A DNA stretch of 64,000 nt. Origin: Candidatus Eiseniibacteriota bacterium (GTDB lineage Bacteria; Eisenbacteria; RBG-16-71-46). Shown here one piece after another: positions 49,051 through 58,239 of the stretch. Position 1 is the stretch's first letter, and the number at the start of each line of letters is the position of its first letter. Position numbers and translations under genes: made by a program. Location: assembly GCA_038231135.1 (NCBI GenBank), contig JBBRLX010000006.1, positions 1-64,000 on the forward strand, given 5' to 3'. The notes beneath the pieces were generated by a model. It saw only the letters and a program-made list of their open reading frames with translations, did not search any database and had not been told where the DNA came from.

Positions 49051-50676
49051 ATGCCGTTCCTTCGTCGCAACTCGAAAGGTCCACTCGTCGTGGCCATGGC
49101 GCTGTCGCTGCTGCTCGGATTCGGGCTGGCTCGCGGGCTCCAGGCCACCGACGATCTGCGCAGCCAGCTCGACGTGTTCTCGCAGGTGCTGGGCCTGGTG
49201 CAGAACAACTACGTCGAGGTTCCCGACAACGAAAAGCTCATCAAGGGCGCGATCGACGGGATGCTCAAGACGCTCGATCCGCACACCGTGTACGTTCCCG
49301 AGCAGCGCGCCGAGCGCATGGACGAGGAATTCCAGGGCGAGTACTCGGGCATCGGCATCCAGTTCGAGATCCGTGACGGCGCGATCGTGGTGATCTCGCC
49401 GCTCGAGGGCACGCCGGCCTACCGGCTCGGCATCGGCGCCGGCGACCGCATCACCGCGGTCGACGACAAGCCGCTGCCGAAGACGATCACGAACGACGAC
49501 GTGTTCAAGCTGCTGCGCGGGCCGACCGGCAGCACGGTCAAGGTCACGATCGACCGCGTGGACACCGCCGAGCCGCTGACGTTCTCGATCGAACGCGCGA
49601 AGATCCCGATCGAGAGCATTCCCTACGCCTACATGATGCGTCCGGGCGTGGGCTACGTGCGCATCATCCGGTTCTCGCAGACGACCGGCGAGGAGCTCGA
49701 AAAGGCGATGGCGACGCTGCGCGCCCAGGGCATGAAGTCGCTGATGCTCGACCTGCGCTCGAACTCGGGCGGCCTGCTGTCGCAGGCGGTGGACGTGCTC
49801 GATCAGCTGGTGCCGACGAACAAGCTGCTGGTGTACACGCGCGGCCGCATCCCGTCGTCGAACGCGGACTACAAGAGCAGCGAGCGGAAGAAGTTCCTCG
49901 ACGGGCCGCTGGTGGTGCTGATCGACCACGGCAGCGCGTCGGCGTCCGAGATCGTGTCGGGAGCGATCCAGGATCTCGACCGCGGCCTGGTGGTCGGCAC
50001 GAACTCGTTCGGCAAGGGCCTGGTGCAGAACCAGCTCCGGCTGTCGAACGGCTCCAAGCTGCTGCTCACGATCGCGCACTACTACACGCCGAGCGGACGC
50101 CTGATCCAGCGCGACTACTCCAAGTTCTCGGACCGCGCGGAGTATCAGGAGGACGCCTACAAGGTCGACGTGCCGAGCGATTCGGTGATGGCGACGCTGC
50201 CCAAGTTCAAGACCGCGGGCGGACGCACGGTGTACGGCGGCGGCGGCATCTATCCCGACGTGATCGTGAAGGACGACCCGAACCTGAGTCAGGCCGAGGC
50301 CAACCTGATCCAGAACCGCGTATTCTGGGAGTTCGCAACCGGCTACGTCCACAAGCACAAGGACACGAAGTGGACGTCCGACGCGCTCAACTCGCGCAAC
50401 TTCCAGCTCAACGATGGCGATTGGAGCGACCTCAAGACCGTGGCGAAGTCGCGCAAGGTGGCGGTCGCCGACTCGGTGTGGCAGAACGACCGGCCGTTCG
50501 TGGTGCGCCAGATCCGCGCCGAGATCGCGAGCAACACCATGGGCCAGCTCGAGCGCTACAAGGTGCTGATCGAGGACGACATCCAGCTCAACCAGGCGCT
50601 GGAGCTGTTCCCGCGCGCGACGCGGCTGATGTCGGGCAACTTCGACAACAATACGGAGCCGGCGAAGAAGCGGTAG
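49051..50676 (+). CDS. S41 carboxyl-terminal processing protease (PDZ plus peptidase)
   Basis: LDPH, GIGI, DLRSN.GG, SASASEIVSGA.QD, FGKGLVQ, YYTPSGR.IQ. Confidence 0.95.
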   Translation: MPFLRRNSKGPLVVAMALSLLLGFGLARGLQATDDLRSQLDVFSQVLGLVQNNYVEVPDNEKLIKGAIDGMLKTLDPHTVYVPEQRAERMDEEFQGEYSGIGIQFEIRDGAIVVISPLEGTPAYRLGIGAGDRITAVDDKPLPKTITNDDVFKLLRGPTGSTVKVTIDRVDTAEPLTFSIERAKIPIESIPYAYMMRPGVGYVRIIRFSQTTGEELEKAMATLRAQGMKSLMLDLRSNSGGLLSQAVDVLDQLVPTNKLLVYTRGRIPSSNADYKSSERKKFLDGPLVVLIDHGSASASEIVSGAIQDLDRGLVVGTNSFGKGLVQNQLRLSNGSKLLLTIAHYYTPSGRLIQRDYSKFSDRAEYQEDAYKVDVPSDSVMATLPKFKTAGGRTVYGGGGIYPDVIVKDDPNLSQAEANLIQNRVFWEFATGYVHKHKDTKWTSDALNSRNFQLNDGDWSDLKTVAKSRKVAVADSVWQNDRPFVVRQIRAEIASNTMGQLERYKVLIEDDIQLNQALELFPRATRLMSGNFDNNTEPAKKR

Positions 50677-50701
50677 CGGTCACCGAACTCCGGAGTCATC
50701 G

Positions 50702-50733
50702 AGGCGGGCACTTCCTTGCGGAGGTGCCCGCCT
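50702..50733. terminator. Hairpin between convergent genes
   Basis: AGGCGGGCACTTCC-TTGC-GGAGGTGCCCGCCT (one G-U pair). Confidence 0.6.
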
Positions 50734-50751
50734 TCGCATGGAGCCGCACCG

Positions 50752-51549
50752 TCACCGCGCGCGGATCGTGACCGTGTCCCCGATGCCGAGGCCGACGCGC
50801 AACGCGGCGTGGCCGCCGACCTGCGCGACCTCCAGCCGGTTGCTGGAGCCCACGATCGCGACCAGCGTGCCGATCGGCGAGTCGCCGTAGGAGCGCGCGA
50901 TGCCGCTGATGCGGCGGCCTCCCAGCTCGACCAGCAGATCCTCCTCGGGCACGCCGTGGAACGCCGCCCATAGATCGGCCGACATCACGTTGGTGAGCGC
51001 GTTGCCGAAATGGTCGATGTAGGCGATGCGGCCCACGAGCGCGTCGCCGACGCGCCGGCTCAGGACCTTCTCGAGCCGCACGGGATCGTTGATCTGCGGT
51101 CCCAGCGCCTGGATCGAGACGCCGCGCGCGAGATGCGCGGCCACCGGCGCGAACACGTCGCGGCCATGGAACGTGCGGCTCACCGGCTGGCGGAAGTAGC
51201 GTTCGTCCTTGAGCGCGTGCACCACCGCGCCCGGCGAGCGCAGCGCCCAGTCGAGCACGCCGTTGTCGGGGGCCACGAACGTCTGGCCGCGCGCATGCAC
51301 GGCGAGCGCGCGGCGCGCCGTGCCCACGCCGGGGTCCACGACGACGAGATGCACGGCGCCCGGCGGAAAGTCCTCGGCCGCGGCCTCGATCAGGAACGCC
51401 GCGCGGCCCACGTCCGCGGGCTCGACGGTGTGATTGAGATCCACCACGCGCGCCTCGGGGCACAACTCGTGGATGACGCCATGCACAACTCCCACGAACC
51501 AGTCCGCGTTGCCGAAATCGGAAGTGAACGTGACGATGGGGGCGCCCAT
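50752..51549 (-). CDS. SAM hydroxide adenosyltransferase / chlorinase-fluorinase family (DUF62)
   Basis: TSDFG, VVDPGVGT.R, PDNG, TFHGRD.FAP, DHFGN. Confidence 0.92.
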   Translation of the reverse strand: MGAPIVTFTSDFGNADWFVGVVHGVIHELCPEARVVDLNHTVEPADVGRAAFLIEAAAEDFPPGAVHLVVVDPGVGTARRALAVHARGQTFVAPDNGVLDWALRSPGAVVHALKDERYFRQPVSRTFHGRDVFAPVAAHLARGVSIQALGPQINDPVRLEKVLSRRVGDALVGRIAYIDHFGNALTNVMSADLWAAFHGVPEEDLLVELGGRRISGIARSYGDSPIGTLVAIVGSSNRLEVAQVGGHAALRVGLGIGDTVTIRAR

Positions 51550-51672
51550 GCGCGGCAGCCTAGCACAGGAGCCGCGCGCCGCGCCGCGCCCCAAATGCTT
51601 GCGGCAGGCCAGCTTGGAAGGGCCATCCCCAGTCCTGCAGCGAACCCGGCCCCGAAATGCCGAATCTTTCGC

Positions 51673-51700
51673 TGGACAAGTGATATCACAATAGTATCTT
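51673..51700 (+). promoter_or_regulatory. Putative promoter with a palindromic operator
   Basis: TGGACA-N16-TATCTT containing the perfect palindrome GTGATATCAC (51680-51689). Confidence 0.55.
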
Positions 51701-51725
51701 TAGAGAATCAACCAAGGAGGAGTTC

Positions 51726-52595
51726 ATGTTCCGCGAACGGGTAGCCCGGACCCTGCCGGGCGTGGTCATGCTGGTCGTGCTCCTGATCGTCGCCGTGGCG
51801 CTGGTGGCGCTGTTCATCCTCAACATCGCGAGCGGACACTGGGTGATGGCCGTCACGAGCCTGGTGGTGCTGTTCCTGGACGTCATGTCGCTCACCGGGC
51901 TGTTCGTCGTGAATCCCAACGAGGCCAAGGTGGTGCAGATGCTCGGCAACTACGTGGGCTCGGTGCGGACTCCCGGGTTCCACTGGGTGAACCCGCTGAC
52001 CACGCGCCGCGTGTTGTCGCTGCGCGTGCGCAATTTCGAGAGCGCCAAGCTCAAGGTGAACGAGCACTACGGCAACCCGATCGAGATCGCGTCGGTCGTG
52101 GTGTGGAAGGTCGTCGACAGCGCCGAGGCGATGTTCGAAGTCGACGACTTCAAGAACTTCGTCCAGGTCCAGACCGAAGCGGCGCTGCGCACGCTCGCGA
52201 CGGCGTTCCCGTACGATGCCCACATCGAGGGCGAGATCTCGCTGCGCAGCCACACCCAGGAGATCGCGGAGCGGCTGCAGCACGAGATCCAGGAGCGGCT
52301 GTCGAAGGCCGGCGTCGAGGTGCTCGAGGCGCGCATCAGCCACCTGGCCTACGCGCCCGAGATCGCGAGCGCGATGCTGCAGCGCCAGCAGGCCAGCGCG
52401 ATCGTCGCCGCGCGCACGCGCATCGTCGAGGGTGCGGTCGGCATGGTCGAGATGGCGCTCGCCCAGTTGTCCGCCAAGGGCATCGTGCAACTCGACGACG
52501 AGCGGCGGGTCGCAATGGTGTCGAACCTGCTCGTGGTGCTGTGCAGCGACCGGCACGCGCAGCCGGTGGTCAATGCCGGAACGCTCTACAACTAG
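51726..52595 (+). CDS. SPFH/band-7 domain membrane protein
   Basis: Two TMs, [46 protein letters not shown] ribosome-binding site. Confidence 0.93.
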   Translation: MFRERVARTLPGVVMLVVLLIVAVALVALFILNIASGHWVMAVTSLVVLFLDVMSLTGLFVVNPNEAKVVQMLGNYVGSVRTPGFHWVNPLTTRRVLSLRVRNFESAKLKVNEHYGNPIEIASVVVWKVVDSAEAMFEVDDFKNFVQVQTEAALRTLATAFPYDAHIEGEISLRSHTQEIAERLQHEIQERLSKAGVEVLEARISHLAYAPEIASAMLQRQQASAIVAARTRIVEGAVGMVEMALAQLSAKGIVQLDDERRVAMVSNLLVVLCSDRHAQPVVNAGTLYN

Positions 52596-52612
52596 GCCGG
52601 AACGAGGGCGAC

Positions 52613-52816
52613 ATGGCGGAGCGCAAGCCGTATCTATTGAGGCTCGATCCGGCCGTGTTCGACGCGCTGCAACGCTGGGCGGGGGACGATCTGCGCAGCC
52701 TGAACGCACAGATCGAATTCCTGCTGCGCCAGAACCTGCAGCGGGAGGGCCGGCTCCGGCCGGATGGCGCGGCACAGCCGGGCCGCCGGACGCCGCGGCC
52801 GCGGGAGGAGAGGTGA
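52613..52816 (+). CDS. Small Arc-like ribbon-helix-helix protein
   Basis: RKPYLLRLDP...ALQRWA.DDLRSLNAQIEFLL directly after SPFH. Confidence 0.82.
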   Translation: MAERKPYLLRLDPAVFDALQRWAGDDLRSLNAQIEFLLRQNLQREGRLRPDGAAQPGRRTPRPREER

Positions 52817-53637
52817 GCCTGGAAGACTGCAAGCGCCCGGCGCACGCGGGGCAACGATGGCTCGTACTGTCGATCGCATGGCTCGCGCTGGCGACCCCCG
52901 CACATGCGGGCTACGGCCCGAACGGCCCGTTCAGCTTTGGCGCCGTCATCAACGACTCCGTCGTCGTGAACGCGCCGTTTCACTGTCACTGGGCGCTGTT
53001 CTCTGCGGATTCCACACCGGCCGAAATCCGCCTGCGGTTCCCGCCCGGGGTGTCCTGGGTGGCGGGCGATACGATCCTGAACTGCTCCCAGCCCTGCGGG
53101 GGATCGCTTACCGCAGTCATGAGCCGGGCCCGGCCCGCAACGATTCGCCTGGACGCGAGGGTCGAGCACGTGGATGGCAGCGCGGATCTGGGTCACGTCG
53201 ATCTCGAGGTGCGGCCGGGGCTCAAGGGAACGAGCGTGGCCGAGATCACCCGGCTGTGGCCCGGGCAGAGCCGCGCCGTGTGGGCTGCCGGAGGCTGGCT
53301 GCCGGTCGGCACCCGAAACGGCGTGTCCCAGGACGTCATCGCGAGCCGGGGCAGGAAGCCCGTCGTCCGGCATATGGAGGATGCCGAGGATACTTCCGGC
53401 GTCATCCACCAGGCGGTCGAGGTGCCCGTCATCGTGGTAATCGACGAGCACGGCGCCGCCGTAGGAGCCGTGAGAGACGCCGGCAACCCCGGCCGCTGGC
53501 CGGACGGCGTATACAAATCAGCCATCGACTGCGCCCGCTACCGCTGGAAATTCGCCGCGGCCGAGGCCGACCATCGGCAATATGCGGACTGGTTACACGT
53601 CAAGGTCCGGGTTCGGCCGTCGCCCCTGAGGAAATGA
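52813..53637 (+). CDS. Hypothetical exported protein with a TonB C-terminal-like tail
   Basis: Signal peptide ending PAHA; V.V.VVIDEHG...SAIDCA..WKF..A..W..V.V. Confidence 0.5.
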   Translation: MSLEDCKRPAHAGQRWLVLSIAWLALATPAHAGYGPNGPFSFGAVINDSVVVNAPFHCHWALFSADSTPAEIRLRFPPGVSWVAGDTILNCSQPCGGSLTAVMSRARPATIRLDARVEHVDGSADLGHVDLEVRPGLKGTSVAEITRLWPGQSRAVWAAGGWLPVGTRNGVSQDVIASRGRKPVVRHMEDAEDTSGVIHQAVEVPVIVVIDEHGAAVGAVRDAGNPGRWPDGVYKSAIDCARYRWKFAAAEADHRQYADWLHVKVRVRPSPLRK

Positions 53638-54808
53638 TTACCAGGGAACCGGACGGGCCCTGCCGGGCGCCGCCGAGCATCTCCCGCAGCAACTCCCACG
53701 CCCCGTCCACGGTCAGCCGCGTCAGGCAGCGCAGGTCCTCGCACTCGTCGCGGTTGCACGGGCTGCACTCGACGCGCGCGTAGTGCGCGCGATGGCCGGC
53801 GGCTTCGGAGTACGGGAAGAACATCGCCGGGCGGTTGCGCGACATGAGGCCCAGCGTCGGCGTTCCCGAGGCGACCGCGGTGTGCAGCGGACCGGTGTCG
53901 CCCGACACGAACGCCGCGCACAGCGATTGCAACGCGACGAATCGCGCGATCGGCCAGCCGACGATCGCCCGCGCCCGACCCGCCGGCAGCCGGGCCACGA
54001 TCGCGGCGGCGAGCTCGCGCTCGTTCAGCGCACCCGTCACCAGCGCGATCGCGGCAGGATCGGATGCCAGCAGCCGGTTCGCCAGCTCGGCGAACCGCTC
54101 GGGCGCCCAGCGGCGCGTGGGCCAGCGGGCGCCGGGATGGAATCCCACGAGCGTGGCCCCGGTGCCGATGCCGAGCGCGGCCAGCGCGTCCCGCGCCTCG
54201 CCGCGGCGCTCGAGGCCGATGTGGAGCGCGGGCACCCGGTCGGGCGCGGGCCAGCCGAGTGCCGCGACCGAAGCGAGGTGGAACCGCACCGCCGACAGCG
54301 TGCGCGGCCGCGCGTGATGGGTGTAGAGCGCCGAGCGCCAGCCCTTGTTGGGATAGCCCACGCGCACGCGCGCACCCGACGCGAACGTCCACACCGCGGT
54401 GCGCGGGTTGCAGAAGAAATCGATCGCGAGGTCGGGAGCGAACCGGCGCAGGCGCGCGAGCAGCTCCAGCGTCTCGCGCGGGCCCGGGCTCCGCGGCACG
54501 ACGAAGCGCTCGTGTATGCGCGGATCGCCCTCGAGCAGCGGCGCGCTGTCGCGTTCGACGACATAACCGATGCGCGCGCGCGGGCACGCGGCGCGGATCG
54601 CCTCGAGCGCCGGCAGCGTCAGGCAGATATCGCCGAGGAAGCGCGGCCGCACGAGCAGCACGCGGCTCACGCCCGCGGGATCCACGGCGGCGGTCGCCGC
54701 GGCCGCCGCGGAGGCGAACCCGGCCGCACCCCCGGGGGCGGAATCGGAGGCCCGCATGCCTCCGGCGGGCCCGGGGAGGATCACATTCGCGGAAGCTGCG
54801 TTCGGCAT
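53600..54808 (-). CDS. GT9 family glycosyltransferase (LPS heptosyltransferase-like)
   Basis: R..FLGD, HPGARW..RRW, SGDTGPLH.A, CSPC...C..C; start uncertain. Confidence 0.88.
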   Translation of the reverse strand: MPNAASANVILPGPAGGMRASDSAPGGAAGFASAAAAATAAVDPAGVSRVLLVRPRFLGDICLTLPALEAIRAACPRARIGYVVERDSAPLLEGDPRIHERFVVPRSPGPRETLELLARLRRFAPDLAIDFFCNPRTAVWTFASGARVRVGYPNKGWRSALYTHHARPRTLSAVRFHLASVAALGWPAPDRVPALHIGLERRGEARDALAALGIGTGATLVGFHPGARWPTRRWAPERFAELANRLLASDPAAIALVTGALNERELAAAIVARLPAGRARAIVGWPIARFVALQSLCAAFVSGDTGPLHTAVASGTPTLGLMSRNRPAMFFPYSEAAGHRAHYARVECSPCNRDECEDLRCLTRLTVDGAWELLREMLGGARQGPSGSLVIISSGATAEPGP

Positions 54809-54866
54809 GCGCTGGAGTATGATCGGGGTCCGCCTTCGTTCCAACCGCCCTCGAAAGGACAGCAGC

Positions 54867-56075
54867 ATGGCCCGCGATTCCGATTCCCCGCGGCCGCGCG
54901 GTCTGCGGACCCGCGCCGTTCACGGCACCACGCACCTCCCGCCGGGAGCCGTGAGCACGCCGATCGTGCACTCGTCGACGTTCACGTCCGCGAGCATCGA
55001 CGACATGATGCACCAGCAGGAACTCGGGGCCGACGGCAGCTTCTACCAGCGCAGCGGGCACCCCACGCTGAAGGCCGTGGAGGCCCGGCTGGCCGATCTC
55101 GACGGCGCCGAGCGGGCGCTGCTGTTCGCGTCCGGCATGGCCGCGATCGCCGCGGCGTTCCTCGCGCATCTCGAGCCCGGCGACCACATCGTCGCGCTGC
55201 AGCAGAGCTACGGCGGCACGACCGAGCTGCTGCATTGGGGCGCGAAGCGCTTCGGCTGGGAGGTCGCGTTCGCCGACGCGCGCGAGCCCGACGCGATCGA
55301 GCGCGCACTCAAGCCCAACACCCGCATCGTGCACGTGGAATCGCCGACGAATCCCACGCTGTGCATCGTCGACCTGGCGCGCACCGCCGAGCGCACGCAC
55401 CGCCACGGTGCGCTGTTCTTCGTCGACAACACGTTCGCGTCGCCCGCCGGCCAGCGCGCGATCGAGCTGGGCGCCGACCTCGTGATGTACAGCGCCACCA
55501 AGTCCATCGGTGGCCACAGCGATCTGCTGGCCGGCGTCGTCGTGGGGCCCGCGAAGGTCGTGAAACCGGTGTGGAAGGCGCGCGTGGTGTTCGGCGGCAT
55601 CGCCGATCCCACGACGGCGTGGCTGATCGAGCGCAGCCTCAACACGCTGCCGCTGCGGGTCGCCGCGGCGAACGCGAACGCGCTGACGATCGCCACCCGG
55701 CTCGCGGCCAATCCCGAGGTGGTGCGCGTGTTCTACCCCGGGCTCGCCGGCCATGCGAACCACGAGGTGGCGGCACGGCAGATGGCGCTCGGGTTCGGCC
55801 CCGTGGTGTCGTTCGAGCTGCGCGACGCGGCGCAGGCCCAGGCGGTGGTGGACGGGCTCGGGCTGATCTCGGTGGGACCGAGCCTCGGCGGGGTCGAGTC
55901 GCTCGTGACGCTGCCGACGCTGACGTCGCACCGCATGCTGTCGCCGTCCGAGCGCCGGGAGTCCGGCGTCGCGGACGGCCTCGTGCGACTCGCTCTGGGT
56001 ATCGAGGACGCCGACGATCTGTGGGCCGATCTGGAGTCGGCGCTGGCCCGCAGCCGGGTGCCCGCGGCGCGCTGA
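54867..56075 (+). CDS. Cys/Met-metabolism PLP enzyme (methionine/cystathionine gamma-lyase family)
   Basis: FASGMAA, ESPTNP, VDNTFASP, YSATKSIGGHSD, SLGGVESL. Confidence 0.9.
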   Translation: MARDSDSPRPRGLRTRAVHGTTHLPPGAVSTPIVHSSTFTSASIDDMMHQQELGADGSFYQRSGHPTLKAVEARLADLDGAERALLFASGMAAIAAAFLAHLEPGDHIVALQQSYGGTTELLHWGAKRFGWEVAFADAREPDAIERALKPNTRIVHVESPTNPTLCIVDLARTAERTHRHGALFFVDNTFASPAGQRAIELGADLVMYSATKSIGGHSDLLAGVVVGPAKVVKPVWKARVVFGGIADPTTAWLIERSLNTLPLRVAAANANALTIATRLAANPEVVRVFYPGLAGHANHEVAARQMALGFGPVVSFELRDAAQAQAVVDGLGLISVGPSLGGVESLVTLPTLTSHRMLSPSERRESGVADGLVRLALGIEDADDLWADLESALARSRVPAAR

Positions 56076-56210
56076 GGGACGATCCCGCATCCGGTTTCGG
56101 GCCCGAACCCGCGGCTTCCGCGGGTTGCGTGCCCTGTGGCCGGAAACCGCCGCCCCATGCTACGCTGGTGCCGCTCTGACCCCCCGTACACCCCCTGTGG
56201 AGGATTGCCC

Positions 56211-57017
56211 GTGAAGCGCTCGATCCTGGCGCTCGTTCCGCTTGCCCTCGCCGCGTGTCTCGCGGCGGGACCGTCGGCTGCCCAGACCGGCTCCACGCTC
56301 GCGGCTCCGAAGAAGCCCGCGTCCGCCACCAAGACTAAGGCGGCGCCCGCACCCGCGGTGACGGCCCCCGCGGCGACGACCCCGGGAACCGAATCCGCCA
56401 CGCCCGGTGCGACATCGAGTCCGGTGGGAACGACCAGCACTCCGGCTCCCGGCATGCCGACCTCGACAGAGCCGGCGAAGCCGGCGGGCGTCGACAGTCT
56501 CGGCCTGCTCGAGCGCGCCGTGAAACGGGACTCCACCAAGTTCGACAACCTGTACCGGCTCGGCGTCATGTACCTCGATCGCGATCGCGTGACCGAGGCG
56601 ATGACCGTGCTGCTCAAGGCCCACCGGCTCAGGCCCAAGAACCACCGGGTGCTCGTGAACCTCGGCGCCGCGTTCGACGCCGCCGGCCAGCCGGCGACCG
56701 CCCAGACCTACTACAAGGAAGCCCTGGCCGCGGCTCCCGGTGACTCGGTCGCCACCTGCCGGCTCGCGAGTTCGCTGTACGCGCAGGCGAACTACAAGGA
56801 CGCGATGAAGCTGCTGCGCTCGATGATCGGCGACCCGAAGAAGAACACCGGCGCCTATTGCGCGTACTTCACGCTGGGCGTGGCGTTCGCGGATGCCGGC
56901 ATCTATCGCGACGCGATCCGGATGTGGAAGAAGGTCATCGAGATCGCTCCCAACTCCGCCGAGGCGAACAGCGCCAAGGAAAGCATCGACGTCCTGGAAA
57001 AATTCGTGAAGCAGTAG
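56211..57017 (+). CDS. Exported TPR-repeat protein
   Basis: GGAGG ribosome-binding site, signal peptide, Pro/Thr linker, several TPR motifs. Confidence 0.82.
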   Translation: MKRSILALVPLALAACLAAGPSAAQTGSTLAAPKKPASATKTKAAPAPAVTAPAATTPGTESATPGATSSPVGTTSTPAPGMPTSTEPAKPAGVDSLGLLERAVKRDSTKFDNLYRLGVMYLDRDRVTEAMTVLLKAHRLRPKNHRVLVNLGAAFDAAGQPATAQTYYKEALAAAPGDSVATCRLASSLYAQANYKDAMKLLRSMIGDPKKNTGAYCAYFTLGVAFADAGIYRDAIRMWKKVIEIAPNSAEANSAKESIDVLEKFVKQ

Positions 57018-57078
57018 CGCAACCGGGACGGGGCGGGCCTGAGACAGCCTCGATTCCCGAGGCGGCGCACGAGGCCCC

Positions 57079-58239
57079 ATGATTTACTTCGACCACAACG
57101 CGTCCACGCCGGTGCGGCCGGAGGTGATCGCCGCGATGTCCGCGGCGCTCTCCGATCTGCACGCGAATCCGTCCAGCTCCCACCGCGAAGGCCAGCGCTC
57201 CCGCGCGGCCATCGATCGCGCGCGCGAGCACGTGGCGGCGCTGGTGAATGCGCGGCCCTCCGGGATCGTGTTCACGAGCGGCGGGACCGAGGGCGATCAC
57301 GCCGCGATCATCGGCGCCGCGTGGGCGCTCGAATCGCAGGGCCGGCGCATCGCGATCTCGGCGCTCGAGCACCACGCGGTGCACGGCGCGGCCCAGGTGC
57401 TGGTGCGCGGCGGCTGGAGCGTGGAGCACCTGCATGCGACGCCGGCGGGGGCACTCCAGCCCGCGGGCGTCGACGCGCTGCCGGCCGGGACCACGCTCGT
57501 GTCGCTGATGCTCGCGAACAACGAGACGGGCGCGGTGCAGCCGGTGGCCGAAGTGGCGCGGCGTGCCCACGCGCGCGGCATGCGCGTCCATTGCGATGCC
57601 GTGCAGGCGGCGGGCAAGATTCCGGTCGACGTGACGGAACTCGGCGCCGACTACCTCGTGATCTCGGCCCACAAACTCGGCGGCCCGAAGGGCGTGGGCG
57701 CACTGGTGCTGCGCGATGGCGCGCCGTACGAGCCGCTGTTCCGCGGCAGCGGCCACGAGCACGGGCGGCGCGGCGGCACCGAGAACCTGGCGGGTATCGT
57801 GGGGTTCGGCGTGGCCGCGGAGCTGGCGGCCCGCGAACTCGCCGCCGAGCACGCCCGCATGCTCGTGCTGCGTGAGCGGCTGGAGCAGGGCCTGCGGGCG
57901 GCGCTGCCGGATGCCGTGATCCACGCCACCGCGACCGCGCGGCTGCCGAACACCGTCAATGTGTCGGTTCCCGGCGCCCGCAGCGATCACATGCTGATGA
58001 GCCTCGACGCACGCGGCGTCGAGGTGTCGGCGGGCGCGGCATGCGCGAGCGGGGCGGTGGAGCCGTCGCCGGTGCTCGCGGCCATGAGCGTGCCCCGCGA
58101 TCTCGCCGTGTGTGCGATCCGGCTGAGCATGGGGCGCACCACGACCGCGGCCGAAGTCGACGCGGTGGTCGCGGCGATGGTGGCGAGTGCGGCGGCGGCG
58201 CGCACGCTCGGCGGCGTGACCGCGGCGGCGGGCGCGTGA
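57079..58239 (+). CDS. Cysteine desulfurase (IscS/NifS family)
   Basis: YFDHNAST, FTSGGTE, ANNETG, HCDAVQ, SAHK.GGPKG, GAACASG. Confidence 0.93.
   Translation: MIYFDHNASTPVRPEVIAAMSAALSDLHANPSSSHREGQRSRAAIDRAREHVAALVNARPSGIVFTSGGTEGDHAAIIGAAWALESQGRRIAISALEHHAVHGAAQVLVRGGWSVEHLHATPAGALQPAGVDALPAGTTLVSLMLANNETGAVQPVAEVARRAHARGMRVHCDAVQAAGKIPVDVTELGADYLVISAHKLGGPKGVGALVLRDGAPYEPLFRGSGHEHGRRGGTENLAGIVGFGVAAELAARELAAEHARMLVLRERLEQGLRAALPDAVIHATATARLPNTVNVSVPGARSDHMLMSLDARGVEVSAGAACASGAVEPSPVLAAMSVPRDLAVCAIRLSMGRTTTAAEVDAVVAAMVASAAAARTLGGVTAAAGA

Noticed and set aside
50752..51549. Fluorinase/chlorinase implying halometabolite synthesis
   Set aside because: The DUF62 family is widespread and mostly SAM hydrolases; the HGRD motif fits that group and there is no biosynthetic cluster nearby
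53538..56179. 850-aa and 798-aa overlapping ORFs
   Set aside because: Alternative-frame shadows of GT9 and the gamma-lyase
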